A stretch of 64,000 bases of DNA from Spirochaetota bacterium (GCA_036846345.1 DAIUCD010000001.1:194723-258722), one strand, 5' to 3'; counted from the first letter of the stretch, positions 49,799-59,953 are shown. The notes: generated from the letters alone by a model not told the origin. Numbers and translations are program-made.

Positions 49799-50611
49799 TT
49801 GACGACCTGTGCAATGGCATTCTTTCTTCTAATATCTTTTATACCTGTATCTCTTGTAATAATATCCTTTTTAAGCTTTTTTTACCCCTCGCAAAACCTT
49901 GCCGCCAACGAATATATTCTTCAGGTACAAAACCAACTTCCAACTATTGAACTCGATAAGCTTATAACGAATATTGACAAAATCGTCTACCAGAAGAGAT
50001 ATTTGGCCTTTATTTGGCTTCCTTTTCTTTTCTGGTGGGGAAGCCTTGTTTTTGACATTGTTGAACGTGCACTTGAATTTGCCTTCAGAATTGAAAGCAG
50101 TCGAAAATATTGGAAAGCTAAGATACGTCATTTTATCATAATAATCGGCATTAGTCTTCTTGTTGTATTTATTACCCTTATTTCTAATTTCTTCGCTGTA
50201 GTAAAAAATGCCCTTATATCTGATTTCATTGAAAGGAATTTTAAGGAAGCCGTTGTTTTTGGTGCAAAACTCATTCGTCTAAAAGAAATACCCTTGCTGT
50301 TCTCTTCAATCGTAACTCTGTTGATAAACACATTCCTCATCTTCATTCTCTATCGTTTTGTCCCTCCTAAGAAATTAGACAACGTATCCATGTTTAAGGG
50401 GGCACTTTTTGCTTCTTTCAGTTATGAAATAATTAAAATCCTTTTTTCATATTACATAACCGAGATTAACGATTACACATCAATCTTTGGATCGCTATCC
50501 GTTGTTGTAATCATTATGATCTGGATCTGGTATACGTGTTTCCTCTTTGTAATCGGTGCGGAGATGTCCTGGACATTTTATGAAAAGAAATTTCCTCAAC
50601 GTCCCATTTGA
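49799..50611 (+). CDS. YihY/BrkB-family integral membrane protein
   Basis: Six transmembrane helices. The C-terminal WIWYTCFLFVIGAEMS block is typical of the YihY family. Confidence 0.6.
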   Translation: MTTCAMAFFLLISFIPVSLVIISFLSFFYPSQNLAANEYILQVQNQLPTIELDKLITNIDKIVYQKRYLAFIWLPFLFWWGSLVFDIVERALEFAFRIESSRKYWKAKIRHFIIIIGISLLVVFITLISNFFAVVKNALISDFIERNFKEAVVFGAKLIRLKEIPLLFSSIVTLLINTFLIFILYRFVPPKKLDNVSMFKGALFASFSYEIIKILFSYYITEINDYTSIFGSLSVVVIIMIWIWYTCFLFVIGAEMSWTFYEKKFPQRPI

Positions 50612-50621
50612 AGAGAAAAAC

Positions 50622-52286
50622 ATGACCGATTTTGTTAAGGACGATCGTCTCAGCATTCTCGTATTCGATGATGATCGAACCACTCTTGCTTTATTTGATA
50701 ATCTCCTTTCAGATTCCAGCAATCTTAATCTTGTGAGTAACTACACAGACTTTTTATCCTTCCTGGATTCACATGATCCTGACATATTTTTCATAGATAT
50801 ATTTCTTCCTGAAATTGACGGTTTGGAGGTATGTCGCATTCTTCGTTCTCATGACCGCTTTCATCATAAAATAATAATCCTTATTACATCCTCAACCACT
50901 GAAAGTATTTTAGTTCAAGGGTACGAATCCGGGGCCAATGATTTCATCAGAAAGCCCTTTCACCCCATAGAACTTAAATCGAAGGTAACTCACTATCACA
51001 AGGTAGTTAACTATCAGAATGAATTATTGGCTGGATACACTTATCAACTGAAATTCAATCAAAAACTCTACGATCTCAACCGTTTTTTTAACCTATCCTT
51101 GAATTCTCGAAGTATTAATGAAATATTCTCTAACCTTGAGCTATTGCAAAACATCATTAAAGCCGGATATTATAATGTCATCCAGTATGAAGAAAATCAT
51201 TATAAATCAATAACCTCACAAAGCTTCGATCCTGATTTTCATCCTATCCCCATCAGTGTTTTAACGAGTAAGATCAATCTTGTTAATGCAAAGAGCAATA
51301 AGACCTCTTATTATAAAATTCAATACTCGTCAGGAAATACAGTTCATGTCAGTGTTTCCAATATCTCAAACTACAGGAAAGATTGCTGTCTCATTATTGC
51401 CCAGAGCAATGATTCCTTCCACGAGGATGATAAAAAGGTTTTTCATCTCTTAATTGAATACATCAACCTCCTTCTTGAAAAATTCTTTTTTCAAGAAGAA
51501 TTTGAACGGCAGAATAAATACTACCGGTCTGAACTCAATAAGGTGCGGAAAATTCAGGTATCGTTAATTCCCAAACTTAACATTGTTCCCGGTTTCGATA
51601 TTGCCTCAACTTTCTTACCAGCTGAGGACCTTTCGGGAGATTTCTTTGATGGGTATTATCTTAATGATTCAATTTTTCAAGTGGTTCTTTGTGATGTTTC
51701 CGGACATGGAGTTGCGGCATCTTATGTGGGAAATGAAATACGAACACTCTTTAAAACACTATCCTCCCCAACATTATCGCCTTCTGCGTTGATCAATAAG
51801 GTAAACGAACGTCTTATTACTGATCTCGTTCAAATGTCCTATTTTGGAACCGTTATTGTATGTCAGATAGATACTATTCTTGGAAAAGTATGGTATTGCA
51901 ATGGGGGTCATCCCTCTATTCTGTTCTACAACACCAGTGCGACCGATTGCCACCAATACTCTGACAACGGTCCCCTCATTGGTGTTTTCAAAAACAATGT
52001 TTATAAAGATATTGAGATATCCTTGCAAGATGGAGATTCACTTCTTCTATACACCGATGGTGTCACAGAAGCTTTATCGGAAGATACAGGAGATATGTTT
52101 GGATCGGAAAGACTAGTTGATATATTTGTAGAAAACCATTCAGCAACTTCTCTTGATATTCTGCATTCCATAGTAGGTTCCGTCTATGAGTATATTAATT
52201 ATACCTCCCAGGAAGATGATATTACGATGATCTGCATTAAACGGGATCCTTCCGTTGGAAAGCCCCCAGTCGAAAGTCATCAATAA
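50622..52286 (+). CDS. Response regulator with a PP2C (SpoIIE/RsbU-type) phosphatase output and a long linker / GAF-like middle region
   Basis: ATG at 50622 (MTDFV...). Receiver with ILVFDDD...IFFIDIFLPEIDG. PP2C motifs CDVSGHGVAASY and YTDGVTE. Confidence 0.8.
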   Translation: MTDFVKDDRLSILVFDDDRTTLALFDNLLSDSSNLNLVSNYTDFLSFLDSHDPDIFFIDIFLPEIDGLEVCRILRSHDRFHHKIIILITSSTTESILVQGYESGANDFIRKPFHPIELKSKVTHYHKVVNYQNELLAGYTYQLKFNQKLYDLNRFFNLSLNSRSINEIFSNLELLQNIIKAGYYNVIQYEENHYKSITSQSFDPDFHPIPISVLTSKINLVNAKSNKTSYYKIQYSSGNTVHVSVSNISNYRKDCCLIIAQSNDSFHEDDKKVFHLLIEYINLLLEKFFFQEEFERQNKYYRSELNKVRKIQVSLIPKLNIVPGFDIASTFLPAEDLSGDFFDGYYLNDSIFQVVLCDVSGHGVAASYVGNEIRTLFKTLSSPTLSPSALINKVNERLITDLVQMSYFGTVIVCQIDTILGKVWYCNGGHPSILFYNTSATDCHQYSDNGPLIGVFKNNVYKDIEISLQDGDSLLLYTDGVTEALSEDTGDMFGSERLVDIFVENHSATSLDILHSIVGSVYEYINYTSQEDDITMICIKRDPSVGKPPVESHQ

Positions 52287-53043
52287 CAGATGAAATATAT
52301 TCTTTAATCTTTAATATCACCCCATAACCTGTGCAGCCTTTATACAAATCAACCACCTTTTTCTTTCTATCCCCCTCTACAAATAATCTGTCAAACCTGA
52401 CAGGCGTTTCCCATTCATCATCTCTGATTTCAAGCATGGCATCTAAAAGTCTATTGATATCATGCAGAATAAAGGCTGTTTCTTTTAAAATAATATTCCT
52501 GCTTTTTTCAACATCCAGATCACTAACATCTCTTCTTTGTAAAAGTAGAATGTGATCTTCGATTTTTGGTGGTAACATTTTTCCTTTCTGTTGAGCGTAT
52601 TCACTCAGTCTTTCTTCACATACAGAGACAGCTTTTCTTAGAGTAACATCTTTGATAATAACCCAAAGCATCGGATAATAAACCATGAAAAGATCACTGA
52701 TTGCACCATAAAAATGTCTGATTTCTATCCCTGCGGCGGGATGAAACTTAATTTCCGGGTATTTTTTTATTCGTTCCAGGTTTTTTAGTATGATATCATC
52801 CACTTTTTGTGAAAATGAGTGTTTTTCCTTTTGCTTCTCATATTTCTCTTTTATCTTTTCAAAATTAGTGATTTCTGCCAGTATGAATCCTTCCATATTC
52901 ATTTTATTATCAACAGCCATCTTTAGGCGTTCTTCAAATGGGCCGATGTCGAACCATTTTTTACTGTATTTTTTTGAATATTCTCCATACTTATCCCTAA
53001 GTTTTTCAATTACCTTATTTATTTCATTATTCTTTATGCTCAT
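52237..53043 (-). CDS. Hypothetical protein (268 aa), Lys/Glu-rich N-terminus
   Basis: ORF with coding-like composition; no motif recognised. Its 3' end overlaps the convergent PP2C gene by 50 bp. Confidence 0.35.
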   Translation of the reverse strand: MSIKNNEINKVIEKLRDKYGEYSKKYSKKWFDIGPFEERLKMAVDNKMNMEGFILAEITNFEKIKEKYEKQKEKHSFSQKVDDIILKNLERIKKYPEIKFHPAAGIEIRHFYGAISDLFMVYYPMLWVIIKDVTLRKAVSVCEERLSEYAQQKGKMLPPKIEDHILLLQRRDVSDLDVEKSRNIILKETAFILHDINRLLDAMLEIRDDEWETPVRFDRLFVEGDRKKKVVDLYKGCTGYGVILKIKEYISSVIDDFRLGAFQRKDPV

Positions 53044-53233
53044 GTTTATCCATCCTTTTCATTGACAGCCTACGCATCTTCTTCATTATCATCAATTTTT
53101 TGTTAATATAGATTTGTAAAATAATAATGGCTATGGAGAATTATTCTTGTCGAATTTTCTTTTTCTCTATATCTATAGTTTCATAATTGTAAAGTATAAT
53201 TACGCAGTTATTCCATCTGTATAATGAGGTTTT

Positions 53234-54268
53234 ATGGGGTTGACATATAAAGATTCAGGAGTGGACATCAATAAAGGAAACAGTTTTGTCAAAAGAATTA
53301 CTCCTATCGTTAAAAATACTTTCAGCGAAAAGGTTATTACAGATATTGGCGGATTTGGGGCATTGTTTTCTGGCAACTTTCCTAATTTAAAGGATCCCGT
53401 TCTTGTTTCAGGGACAGATGGTGCAGGCACTAAAACTCGAATAGCCCAAATGATGAATAAACATGACACCATTGGCATAGATGCCGTTGCCATGTGCGTT
53501 AATGACATTCTCGTTTCCGGTGCCTCCCCTCTTTTCTTTTTGGACTATATCTCCTGTGGCAAACTTGATGAAGATGTTTTAGTGGATATCGTTAAAGGGA
53601 TAGCGGAGGGTTGCAAACAGGCGGGGTGCAGTCTTATAGGAGGAGAAACGGCAGAACATCCCAATATTATGGATGAAAAGGATTATGATATTGCTGGATT
53701 TTCCGTCGGTGTTGTGGATCGTGGTAAAATCATAAATGGTTCTTCAATTAGGCCAAATGATGTTATTATCGGCCTACCTTCATCAGGTATACATTCCAAT
53801 GGTTATTCTATGGTTCGTAAGCTATTTTTTGATTTGAAAAAATATACCATAGAAACCCGGTTGAACGATCTCAGTGATTTTCTAGGCAGTGAATTATTAA
53901 AACCAACAAAGATTTATTGTAGCAGCATTCTTAATATTATTGAGATGGGCTTATCAATAAAGGGTATGGTTCATATCACCGGAGGAGGGTTTTATGAAAA
54001 TATCCCCAGAATATTACCAGAAGATACATCTGTAACTATTCGAAAAAACAGTTATAATATTCCGCCCATTTTCAAGGTCATTCAAAAAGAGGGTGATGTT
54101 TCTGAACATGAGATGTTTACTACTTTCAATATGGGTATTGGTCTCATGCTCTTTATTGACCAGAAGGAATACTCATCAGTCATGAATGCTTTTAAAGATA
54201 TGGGTGAACAATCTTTTCATATTGGGGAAGTAACTACAGTCAGAGATACAAGAGTAAAGCTAATATAG
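53234..54268 (+). CDS. purM: Phosphoribosylformylglycinamidine cyclo-ligase (AIR synthetase)
   Basis: LTYKDSGVDI N-terminus, GGFGALF, GTDGAGTK and HITGGG motifs. Confidence 0.9.
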   Translation: MGLTYKDSGVDINKGNSFVKRITPIVKNTFSEKVITDIGGFGALFSGNFPNLKDPVLVSGTDGAGTKTRIAQMMNKHDTIGIDAVAMCVNDILVSGASPLFFLDYISCGKLDEDVLVDIVKGIAEGCKQAGCSLIGGETAEHPNIMDEKDYDIAGFSVGVVDRGKIINGSSIRPNDVIIGLPSSGIHSNGYSMVRKLFFDLKKYTIETRLNDLSDFLGSELLKPTKIYCSSILNIIEMGLSIKGMVHITGGGFYENIPRILPEDTSVTIRKNSYNIPPIFKVIQKEGDVSEHEMFTTFNMGIGLMLFIDQKEYSSVMNAFKDMGEQSFHIGEVTTVRDTRVKLI

Positions 54269-54295
54269 AACAGAACTTTTTTCATTTTTATCACA

Positions 54296-54334
54296 GCAAA
54301 AAGAAAAGCGATTGTTGATCGCTTTTCTTTTTGC
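54296..54334. terminator. Bidirectional intrinsic terminator between purM and the stomatin-like gene
   Basis: Perfect 17-bp stem GCAAAAAGAAAAGCGAT / ATCGCTTTTCTTTTTGC with a 5-nt loop and U-rich arms. Confidence 0.7.
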
Positions 54335-54337
54335 GCA

Positions 54338-55222
54338 CTAATTATTCTTTTTAAAAATACTTTTGATTGATTCAATGATGTCCGGCGGTAAGATTACTAT
54401 TTTACCGTTGGCAGATTCCCCCATTTTAATCAGTCCCTTGACATATTCCTGCCCGAGTAGATATATCAGCGGATCTCCGCTTGTTGTTTTTAACGATTCT
54501 GAAACCATTTCAATAGCATTGGCTTCTGCCTTAGCCAACCTTTCTCTAGCCTCCGCATCTAGTAAAGCTGATTCCTTTCTGGCTTCCGCTGTTAGTATTT
54601 GAGCCCTTTTTAATCCTTCAGCTTCTCTTTCTGCAGCTTCCTTTTTCGCTTCAGCATCCAGTATTCTCGCCCTCTTCTCTCTTTCCGCTTTCATCTGCAA
54701 TGTCATCGCATTTACAATATCATGCGGCGGCTGAATATCTTTAATCTCTACACGGGTTATCTTCGTTCCCCAGGCATCTGTTGCTTCATCCAGAATTGTG
54801 AGAAGTTCGGCATTAATTTTCTCCCTTGATGATAATGTTTCATCAAGAGCCATTTTTCCCATGATTGAACGTATTGTTGTTTGTGCGAGATTCTGTATAG
54901 CGATTCTCAGATTTTGTATCCCATAATAGGATTTATATGGATCCATTATTTTAAAATATACAATTCCATCCACTTCTATAGAGGCATTATCACTGGTAAT
55001 CGTTCCCTGTTTTGGCAGATCAAGAACCTGTTCACGTATATCAACCTTATCTGCGACCTTTGAAAAAATTGGGTTTATCAAATTCAATCCCGGATTCATG
55101 GTCTGTGAATACTTACCAAATCTTTCCACAATCCAGTTTTCCGCCTGTGGAACAATCCTCACTCCTTTCATGATAAGCAGTATTACAATAAAAGCGATGG
55201 CACTGATCAATATTATTGGCAT
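54338..55222 (-). CDS. SPFH/band-7 stomatin-like protein (QmcA/YbbK-like)
   Basis: N-terminal transmembrane segment, then RIVPQAENWIVERFGKY... PHB-domain motifs. Ala/Glu-rich coiled coil. Confidence 0.85.
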   Translation of the reverse strand: MPIILISAIAFIVILLIMKGVRIVPQAENWIVERFGKYSQTMNPGLNLINPIFSKVADKVDIREQVLDLPKQGTITSDNASIEVDGIVYFKIMDPYKSYYGIQNLRIAIQNLAQTTIRSIMGKMALDETLSSREKINAELLTILDEATDAWGTKITRVEIKDIQPPHDIVNAMTLQMKAEREKRARILDAEAKKEAAEREAEGLKRAQILTAEARKESALLDAEARERLAKAEANAIEMVSESLKTTSGDPLIYLLGQEYVKGLIKMGESANGKIVILPPDIIESIKSIFKKNN

Positions 55223-55233
55223 TGGAAACCCCC

Positions 55234-55680
55234 CTATCTTTTATTTACAACCAGCTTGATACCTCTCGATTCCTTTACAACAACCTCTTCACCGACCATA
55301 ATAGTCACGTCTGATTCAGCTTGCCATTTCTTTATTCCATGGAATGGGCTATACAGTTCAACCTCTCCTGGGATGTCCTTCAATATTTCTTTTGTGACTC
55401 TTCCTTTCAAATCTCTTATTGTTGGATCTCTATCCTCATCTACTATTACCCTTCTAAAGTGCTTTTTAAAATACAGATGCCATCCTGCCAGGAATAGCAG
55501 TGAAGATACAAAAAAGAATCCCCATTGTAATTCCGCATTAGGTAATAAACCCAAGACGACGAACAGGGCTGTCAATAGAGCACCAGCTCCAAACCAGAAT
55601 AATACGAATCCTGGAACTACAATTTCCAGACCCATAATTATGAACCCAATGGATATCCAAATAAGAGGCGATAACGGCAT
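55234..55680 (-). CDS. NfeD-family membrane protein (stomatin operon partner)
   Basis: Three N-terminal transmembrane helices plus a C-terminal OB-fold-like domain. Immediately upstream of the stomatin gene. Confidence 0.7.
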   Translation of the reverse strand: MPLSPLIWISIGFIIMGLEIVVPGFVLFWFGAGALLTALFVVLGLLPNAELQWGFFFVSSLLFLAGWHLYFKKHFRRVIVDEDRDPTIRDLKGRVTKEILKDIPGEVELYSPFHGIKKWQAESDVTIMVGEEVVVKESRGIKLVVNKR

Positions 55681-56068
55681 ATTTTCCTCAAGTCTTCATG
55701 ATAATATTCTTTTATTAATACATTCATCATATACTGTCAATAGTATATTTATTGCGTAATTCCCATTGTATCAACATAATTTTCAATGTTATCAACAAAA
55801 GAATGACTTAATTCACATTTTTTACCCAGGATACTAACAAAATAAAAAAAATTTCTCCCCTCATTTTTAAGGCACATTAATTCCTTGCCAAATTTAAACA
55901 AACCTTTATCAGAATATATAGTTGTGATCGTTTTTGAGTGTAAGACATTATATTAGTACACTCTCTTTAATTACCCTCATTTGCCATTATTATAATTATT
56001 TATTAATATTAAGTGAAATTCAAATACTACACAAATATTGTCTATTTATAAACATAGATATTAACATT

Positions 56069-56077
56069 TGTGGATAA
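56069..56077. promoter_or_regulatory. Perfect DnaA box (TGTGGATAA, the reverse complement of TTATCCACA) 17 nt upstream of the dnaA ATG
   Basis: Exact 9-mer consensus. 1-mismatch boxes TTATCAACA lie at 55789..55797 and 57561..57569. Confidence 0.6.
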
Positions 56078-56093
56078 CTTTAGGGTATCATTT

Positions 56094-57425
56094 ATGCAGA
56101 GCATCATCGAAATATGGGATAAAGTCCTGATTAATATCCAATCCAGCATAAACAAACAGTCTTTTGATATGTGGCTCAAAGATACTCAGCCCATTTCTTA
56201 TAATGGCACCCTCTTTCGAGTCAAAGTAAGCGATGAAGTAGCTCAGCGTCATATCACTGATCATTACTCAATTGCCATATCTTCAATGCTATCTGATATT
56301 ACAGGTCAGAGAGTTTCCTGTGAATTCACAACCTCAAACGGATCAAAGAACCCGGAAACCTCAGATAAGGCACCTTATGACGATTATTATGCCGATAATC
56401 AATCCTCTATGCTTTATCCCAAATATACTTTTGAGAATTTTATTATCGGACCAAATAACCAGCTTCCACATGCTGCAGCAGTTTCCGTTTCAAAATCTCC
56501 GGCAACACAGTATAATCCTCTTTTCATATATGGTGGTACGGGTTTGGGAAAAACCCATCTTATGCAGGCGATTGGACATTCTGTAATAAAAGAAAAACCC
56601 TGGCTTAAGGTTCTCTATATCACTAGCGAACAGTACGTCAATGAATTCATACATTCTATCAGGACCAACACGCTATCCAGTTTCAAGATAAAATACCGAA
56701 ATGTTGATATTCTCTTGATAGATGATATTCAGTTTATTGAAAAGAAGGAACAAACCCAGGAAGAATTTTTTCATACATTTAATACACTTTACAACAACAA
56801 GAAACAGATCGTCATTTCTAGCGACAGGCCACCAAAAGAAATTGCAACTCTGGAGGAGAGGCTTCGTACGAGATTTGAATGGGGTCTCATTACTGATATT
56901 CAGCCACCAAACATCGAAACCCGTGAAGCAATTCTTCGGGCTAAGGCAGACCGTGAAAAAATGCATTTCCCCGATGATGTTCTCAATTACATTGCCCGCA
57001 GGATAAAATCCAGTATCAGAGCACTTGAGGCCGCTTTGACCAGGTTGCATGCCGTTTCAAAACTATATGATGAACCGATCAGTATACAACATGCTAAAAT
57101 TCACCTTAAGGACCTTTTTGATGAGGATACCAGTAAAAAGATCACTATTCATGATATCATGACAAAGGTTGCAGAAAGATACAGTATATCAGTTGAAGAT
57201 ATCGTATCGAAGAGTCGCCACAGTCGCGTTGTTCAACCCCGCTTTATTGCCATGTATATTACAAGGAAACTCACTGATATGACGACAGTTGACATTGGAA
57301 AGGAGTTTGGTGACCGTGATCACTCCACCGTTCTCAATGCCATGAATAATGTTGAGAAACTTCTTAAAGAGGATGAGGAGTTTTCTGAACAGATAGAGGA
57401 TATTATCTCTGAATTGAAGAGTTAA
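56094..57425 (+). CDS. dnaA: Chromosomal replication initiator protein DnaA
   Basis: AAA+ Walker A GGTGLGKTHL, box VII, and the C-terminal DNA-binding domain. ATG at 56094 (MQSIIEIW); the tabulated ORF starts at the GTG inside the DnaA box. Confidence 0.93.
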   Translation: MQSIIEIWDKVLINIQSSINKQSFDMWLKDTQPISYNGTLFRVKVSDEVAQRHITDHYSIAISSMLSDITGQRVSCEFTTSNGSKNPETSDKAPYDDYYADNQSSMLYPKYTFENFIIGPNNQLPHAAAVSVSKSPATQYNPLFIYGGTGLGKTHLMQAIGHSVIKEKPWLKVLYITSEQYVNEFIHSIRTNTLSSFKIKYRNVDILLIDDIQFIEKKEQTQEEFFHTFNTLYNNKKQIVISSDRPPKEIATLEERLRTRFEWGLITDIQPPNIETREAILRAKADREKMHFPDDVLNYIARRIKSSIRALEAALTRLHAVSKLYDEPISIQHAKIHLKDLFDEDTSKKITIHDIMTKVAERYSISVEDIVSKSRHSRVVQPRFIAMYITRKLTDMTTVDIGKEFGDRDHSTVLNAMNNVEKLLKEDEEFSEQIEDIISELKS

Positions 57426-57692
57426 TAACATGTTATTCTCTATCTAAGTATTGTTATTTATTTGTTATTTACTTAATTCTTTTTATTACATTGATGTAAT
57501 TATTCCTTTTTCTGTTTCATTTTTAAATCATTTTTGTTTTATTTATTTCTTTTTTTCTTTTTATCAACAACTTGTTATTTCATAAGTCTTGAATTTTTCA
57601 GGGACTTTGTATTTTATCAACATATCCAAGTTACTACTACTACGACTATTAATCATCATTCTTTATTAATACTTTAGTAATAGGCGGTTATT
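57426..57692. other. dnaA-dnaN intergenic region: candidate oriC / DNA-unwinding region
   Basis: Greater than 75% AT. Perfect 16-bp palindrome ATTACATTGATGTAAT (57485..57500). DnaA-box-like TTATCAACA (57561..57569). (TAC)4 microsatellite (57633..57647). Confidence 0.5.
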
Positions 57693-58820
57693 ATGAATTT
57701 TCAAGTGGACAAGGAAATACTGATTAAATCATTATCTATTGCTGATTCTATTATTTCTTCAAAAAATGTTCATACTCTCCTTTCAAACTGTCTCTTCAAT
57801 GTTTCTCTTGATGAGATTGAAATAGTATCCTCTGATAATGAAATTGGTGTACGTACTCGTTTAAAATCAAGTTCTGAATCAGAAATGTCTTTTGCGATTA
57901 ATCCCAAAAAACTTTTAGGCATCGTAAAAGAGTTACCGAAAGGGGATGTGCTCGTAGAAGTTATGGAAAACTATTCCATAGTTATTAGATCCAGAAATCT
58001 CAAAGGACACTATTCCCTTATTGGGACTTCAAGGGGGGATTATCCTGAACTTCCTGATTTTGATGAGGAAAACTCAATTGAGATAGATCAGTCCCTGTTA
58101 AAAGATATAATTAGAAAAGTTATATATGCTGCATCAAACGATAATATTAAGCCGGTATTTAATGGTTTATATCTGCTTTCAGAAAGCAGTGAGAGGATTA
58201 CAGCGGTAGCTTCAGATTCAAAGAGACTTACACTCTTTTCTGCAAAGCTTGATAGTCCTATGAATATTTCTAAGGGGACAATCATTCCTCTTAAGACTAT
58301 ACATGAAATCTCGAGATTGCTTTCCAATACAGGAAAATGCCGTTTATTGCTCGCAAAGAATCAGTGCTTTTTTAGAATAAATGAAACAGATATCGTTTCA
58401 CGTGTGATAGATGGCCAGTTTCCCAATTACAAGCAGGTTATACCTCAGGACAGGAAATTCGAGATTTCGATACAGACCGAGAAGTTAAGGGATTCATTGC
58501 GAAGAGTTATGGTGTTTGCACGAGAACCATCATACAAAGTAATGCTAAATTTCAGCAAAGACAGTCTGCTGATTGAAGTTAAAACTTCCGAACTTGGTGA
58601 GGCTGAGGAGGAAATACAGATTGAATCAAATAGAGATGAATCCATATCCATTGCAATCAGTGCTCAATACCTTCTTGATGCGATTAAGGAAGTAGATTCA
58701 TTTTCCGTTGTTTTCGGAATGACAACGCCAATAAGCCCTGTGTTAATCTGTCCGGAAGGTAATGATAATCATATATCTGTTATAATGCCTATTCAGAGTA
58801 AATCACCGCAAGGGGATTGA
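57693..58820 (+). CDS. dnaN: DNA polymerase III beta sliding clamp
   Basis: Typical N-terminus MNFQVDKEILIKSLSIADSII and three-domain length (375 aa). Confidence 0.9.
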   Translation: MNFQVDKEILIKSLSIADSIISSKNVHTLLSNCLFNVSLDEIEIVSSDNEIGVRTRLKSSSESEMSFAINPKKLLGIVKELPKGDVLVEVMENYSIVIRSRNLKGHYSLIGTSRGDYPELPDFDEENSIEIDQSLLKDIIRKVIYAASNDNIKPVFNGLYLLSESSERITAVASDSKRLTLFSAKLDSPMNISKGTIIPLKTIHEISRLLSNTGKCRLLLAKNQCFFRINETDIVSRVIDGQFPNYKQVIPQDRKFEISIQTEKLRDSLRRVMVFAREPSYKVMLNFSKDSLLIEVKTSELGEAEEEIQIESNRDESISIAISAQYLLDAIKEVDSFSVVFGMTTPISPVLICPEGNDNHISVIMPIQSKSPQGD

Positions 58821-58843
58821 GCGGATTCATCTGATAATGATAG

Positions 58844-59953
58844 ATGGTAATAAAGAAACAGATTCTGAAATCGTTCAGGAATTATAGAAGCAGGGAAATT
58901 AATTTCTCTGATGGTATAAATTTTATAACGGGTAATAATGGTTCTGGGAAATCTAATATTCTTGAATCAATATCCATTACATCAAATTTAAAATCTTTCC
59001 GTGGGTCTGCTGATCCAGATATAATACAATGGGGATCGAATTCGTATTATTGCCAATCTGTTGTTGAGAATGATGCAGAACGGGTATTTGAAGTCGGTTG
59101 TGCTGAGATCAATAATAAATATCATAAAAAGGCTAAAATCGACGGTTTTGAAGTGAGGAAATCTTCAGCTTACTTTGGTAAGCTTTTGACTGTCATCTTT
59201 ACACCAGATGACATTGATATAATAAATGGTCCCCCGGAATTAAGAAGACGTTTTTTTGACAGTCTTATTTCCAGGATAAAACCTGATTACCTGGAAAAAC
59301 TGATTGATCTAAAAAGGATACTGCTTTCTAGAAATAGGTTGTTGAGAAAACTTAAGGAAAGCGGAAAGTTTGATAGCGACGAACTATCCATATGGGATGA
59401 TATGTTTTCTTCCTGTGCAGAGTTGATAGTGAAACAACGAACTGGTTTTATTAAAGAGTTTTCCCCATTGTTCGGCAACTCCTATAACAGTATTTCCGGA
59501 GGTGAATATTCCCCTTTTGTAGAGTATAGCAGCGAGTTGATGGAACTATCAAAGGATGACATTATTATCAGGCTTAAAAACAGCCGATTCAGGGATATAT
59601 CCAGATGTGCGACGACAATAGGACCACAGAGGGACGATTATAAGCTATTTGTTGAAACAGGTAAGAGTGTAATATCCTTTTTTTCACAGGGCCAAAAGAG
59701 ATCTGCATGTATCTCACTGAAAATATCTGAAAAAAAAATTATTGAAATGACAACGGGGAAGAAGGCAGTTATTCTCGTCGATGATATTTTTTCAGAGCTG
59801 GATAATACAAGGAGACATCACCTGATCGATTTGCTGAGATATGGTAATCAGGTAATATTCACGATGATTGACAGTTCATCCATAGATGATTTTAAAAACA
59901 GTGAGGTGAAGAGATTTCACATTGTGAATAATGGGGAACTTATTGAGAAATGA
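58844..59953 (+). CDS. recF: DNA replication and repair protein RecF
   Basis: Walker A GNNGSGKSNILE, an SMC-like signature, and the Walker B / D-loop ILVDDIFSELD. Confidence 0.9.
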   Translation: MVIKKQILKSFRNYRSREINFSDGINFITGNNGSGKSNILESISITSNLKSFRGSADPDIIQWGSNSYYCQSVVENDAERVFEVGCAEINNKYHKKAKIDGFEVRKSSAYFGKLLTVIFTPDDIDIINGPPELRRRFFDSLISRIKPDYLEKLIDLKRILLSRNRLLRKLKESGKFDSDELSIWDDMFSSCAELIVKQRTGFIKEFSPLFGNSYNSISGGEYSPFVEYSSELMELSKDDIIIRLKNSRFRDISRCATTIGPQRDDYKLFVETGKSVISFFSQGQKRSACISLKISEKKIIEMTTGKKAVILVDDIFSELDNTRRHHLIDLLRYGNQVIFTMIDSSSIDDFKNSEVKRFHIVNNGELIEK

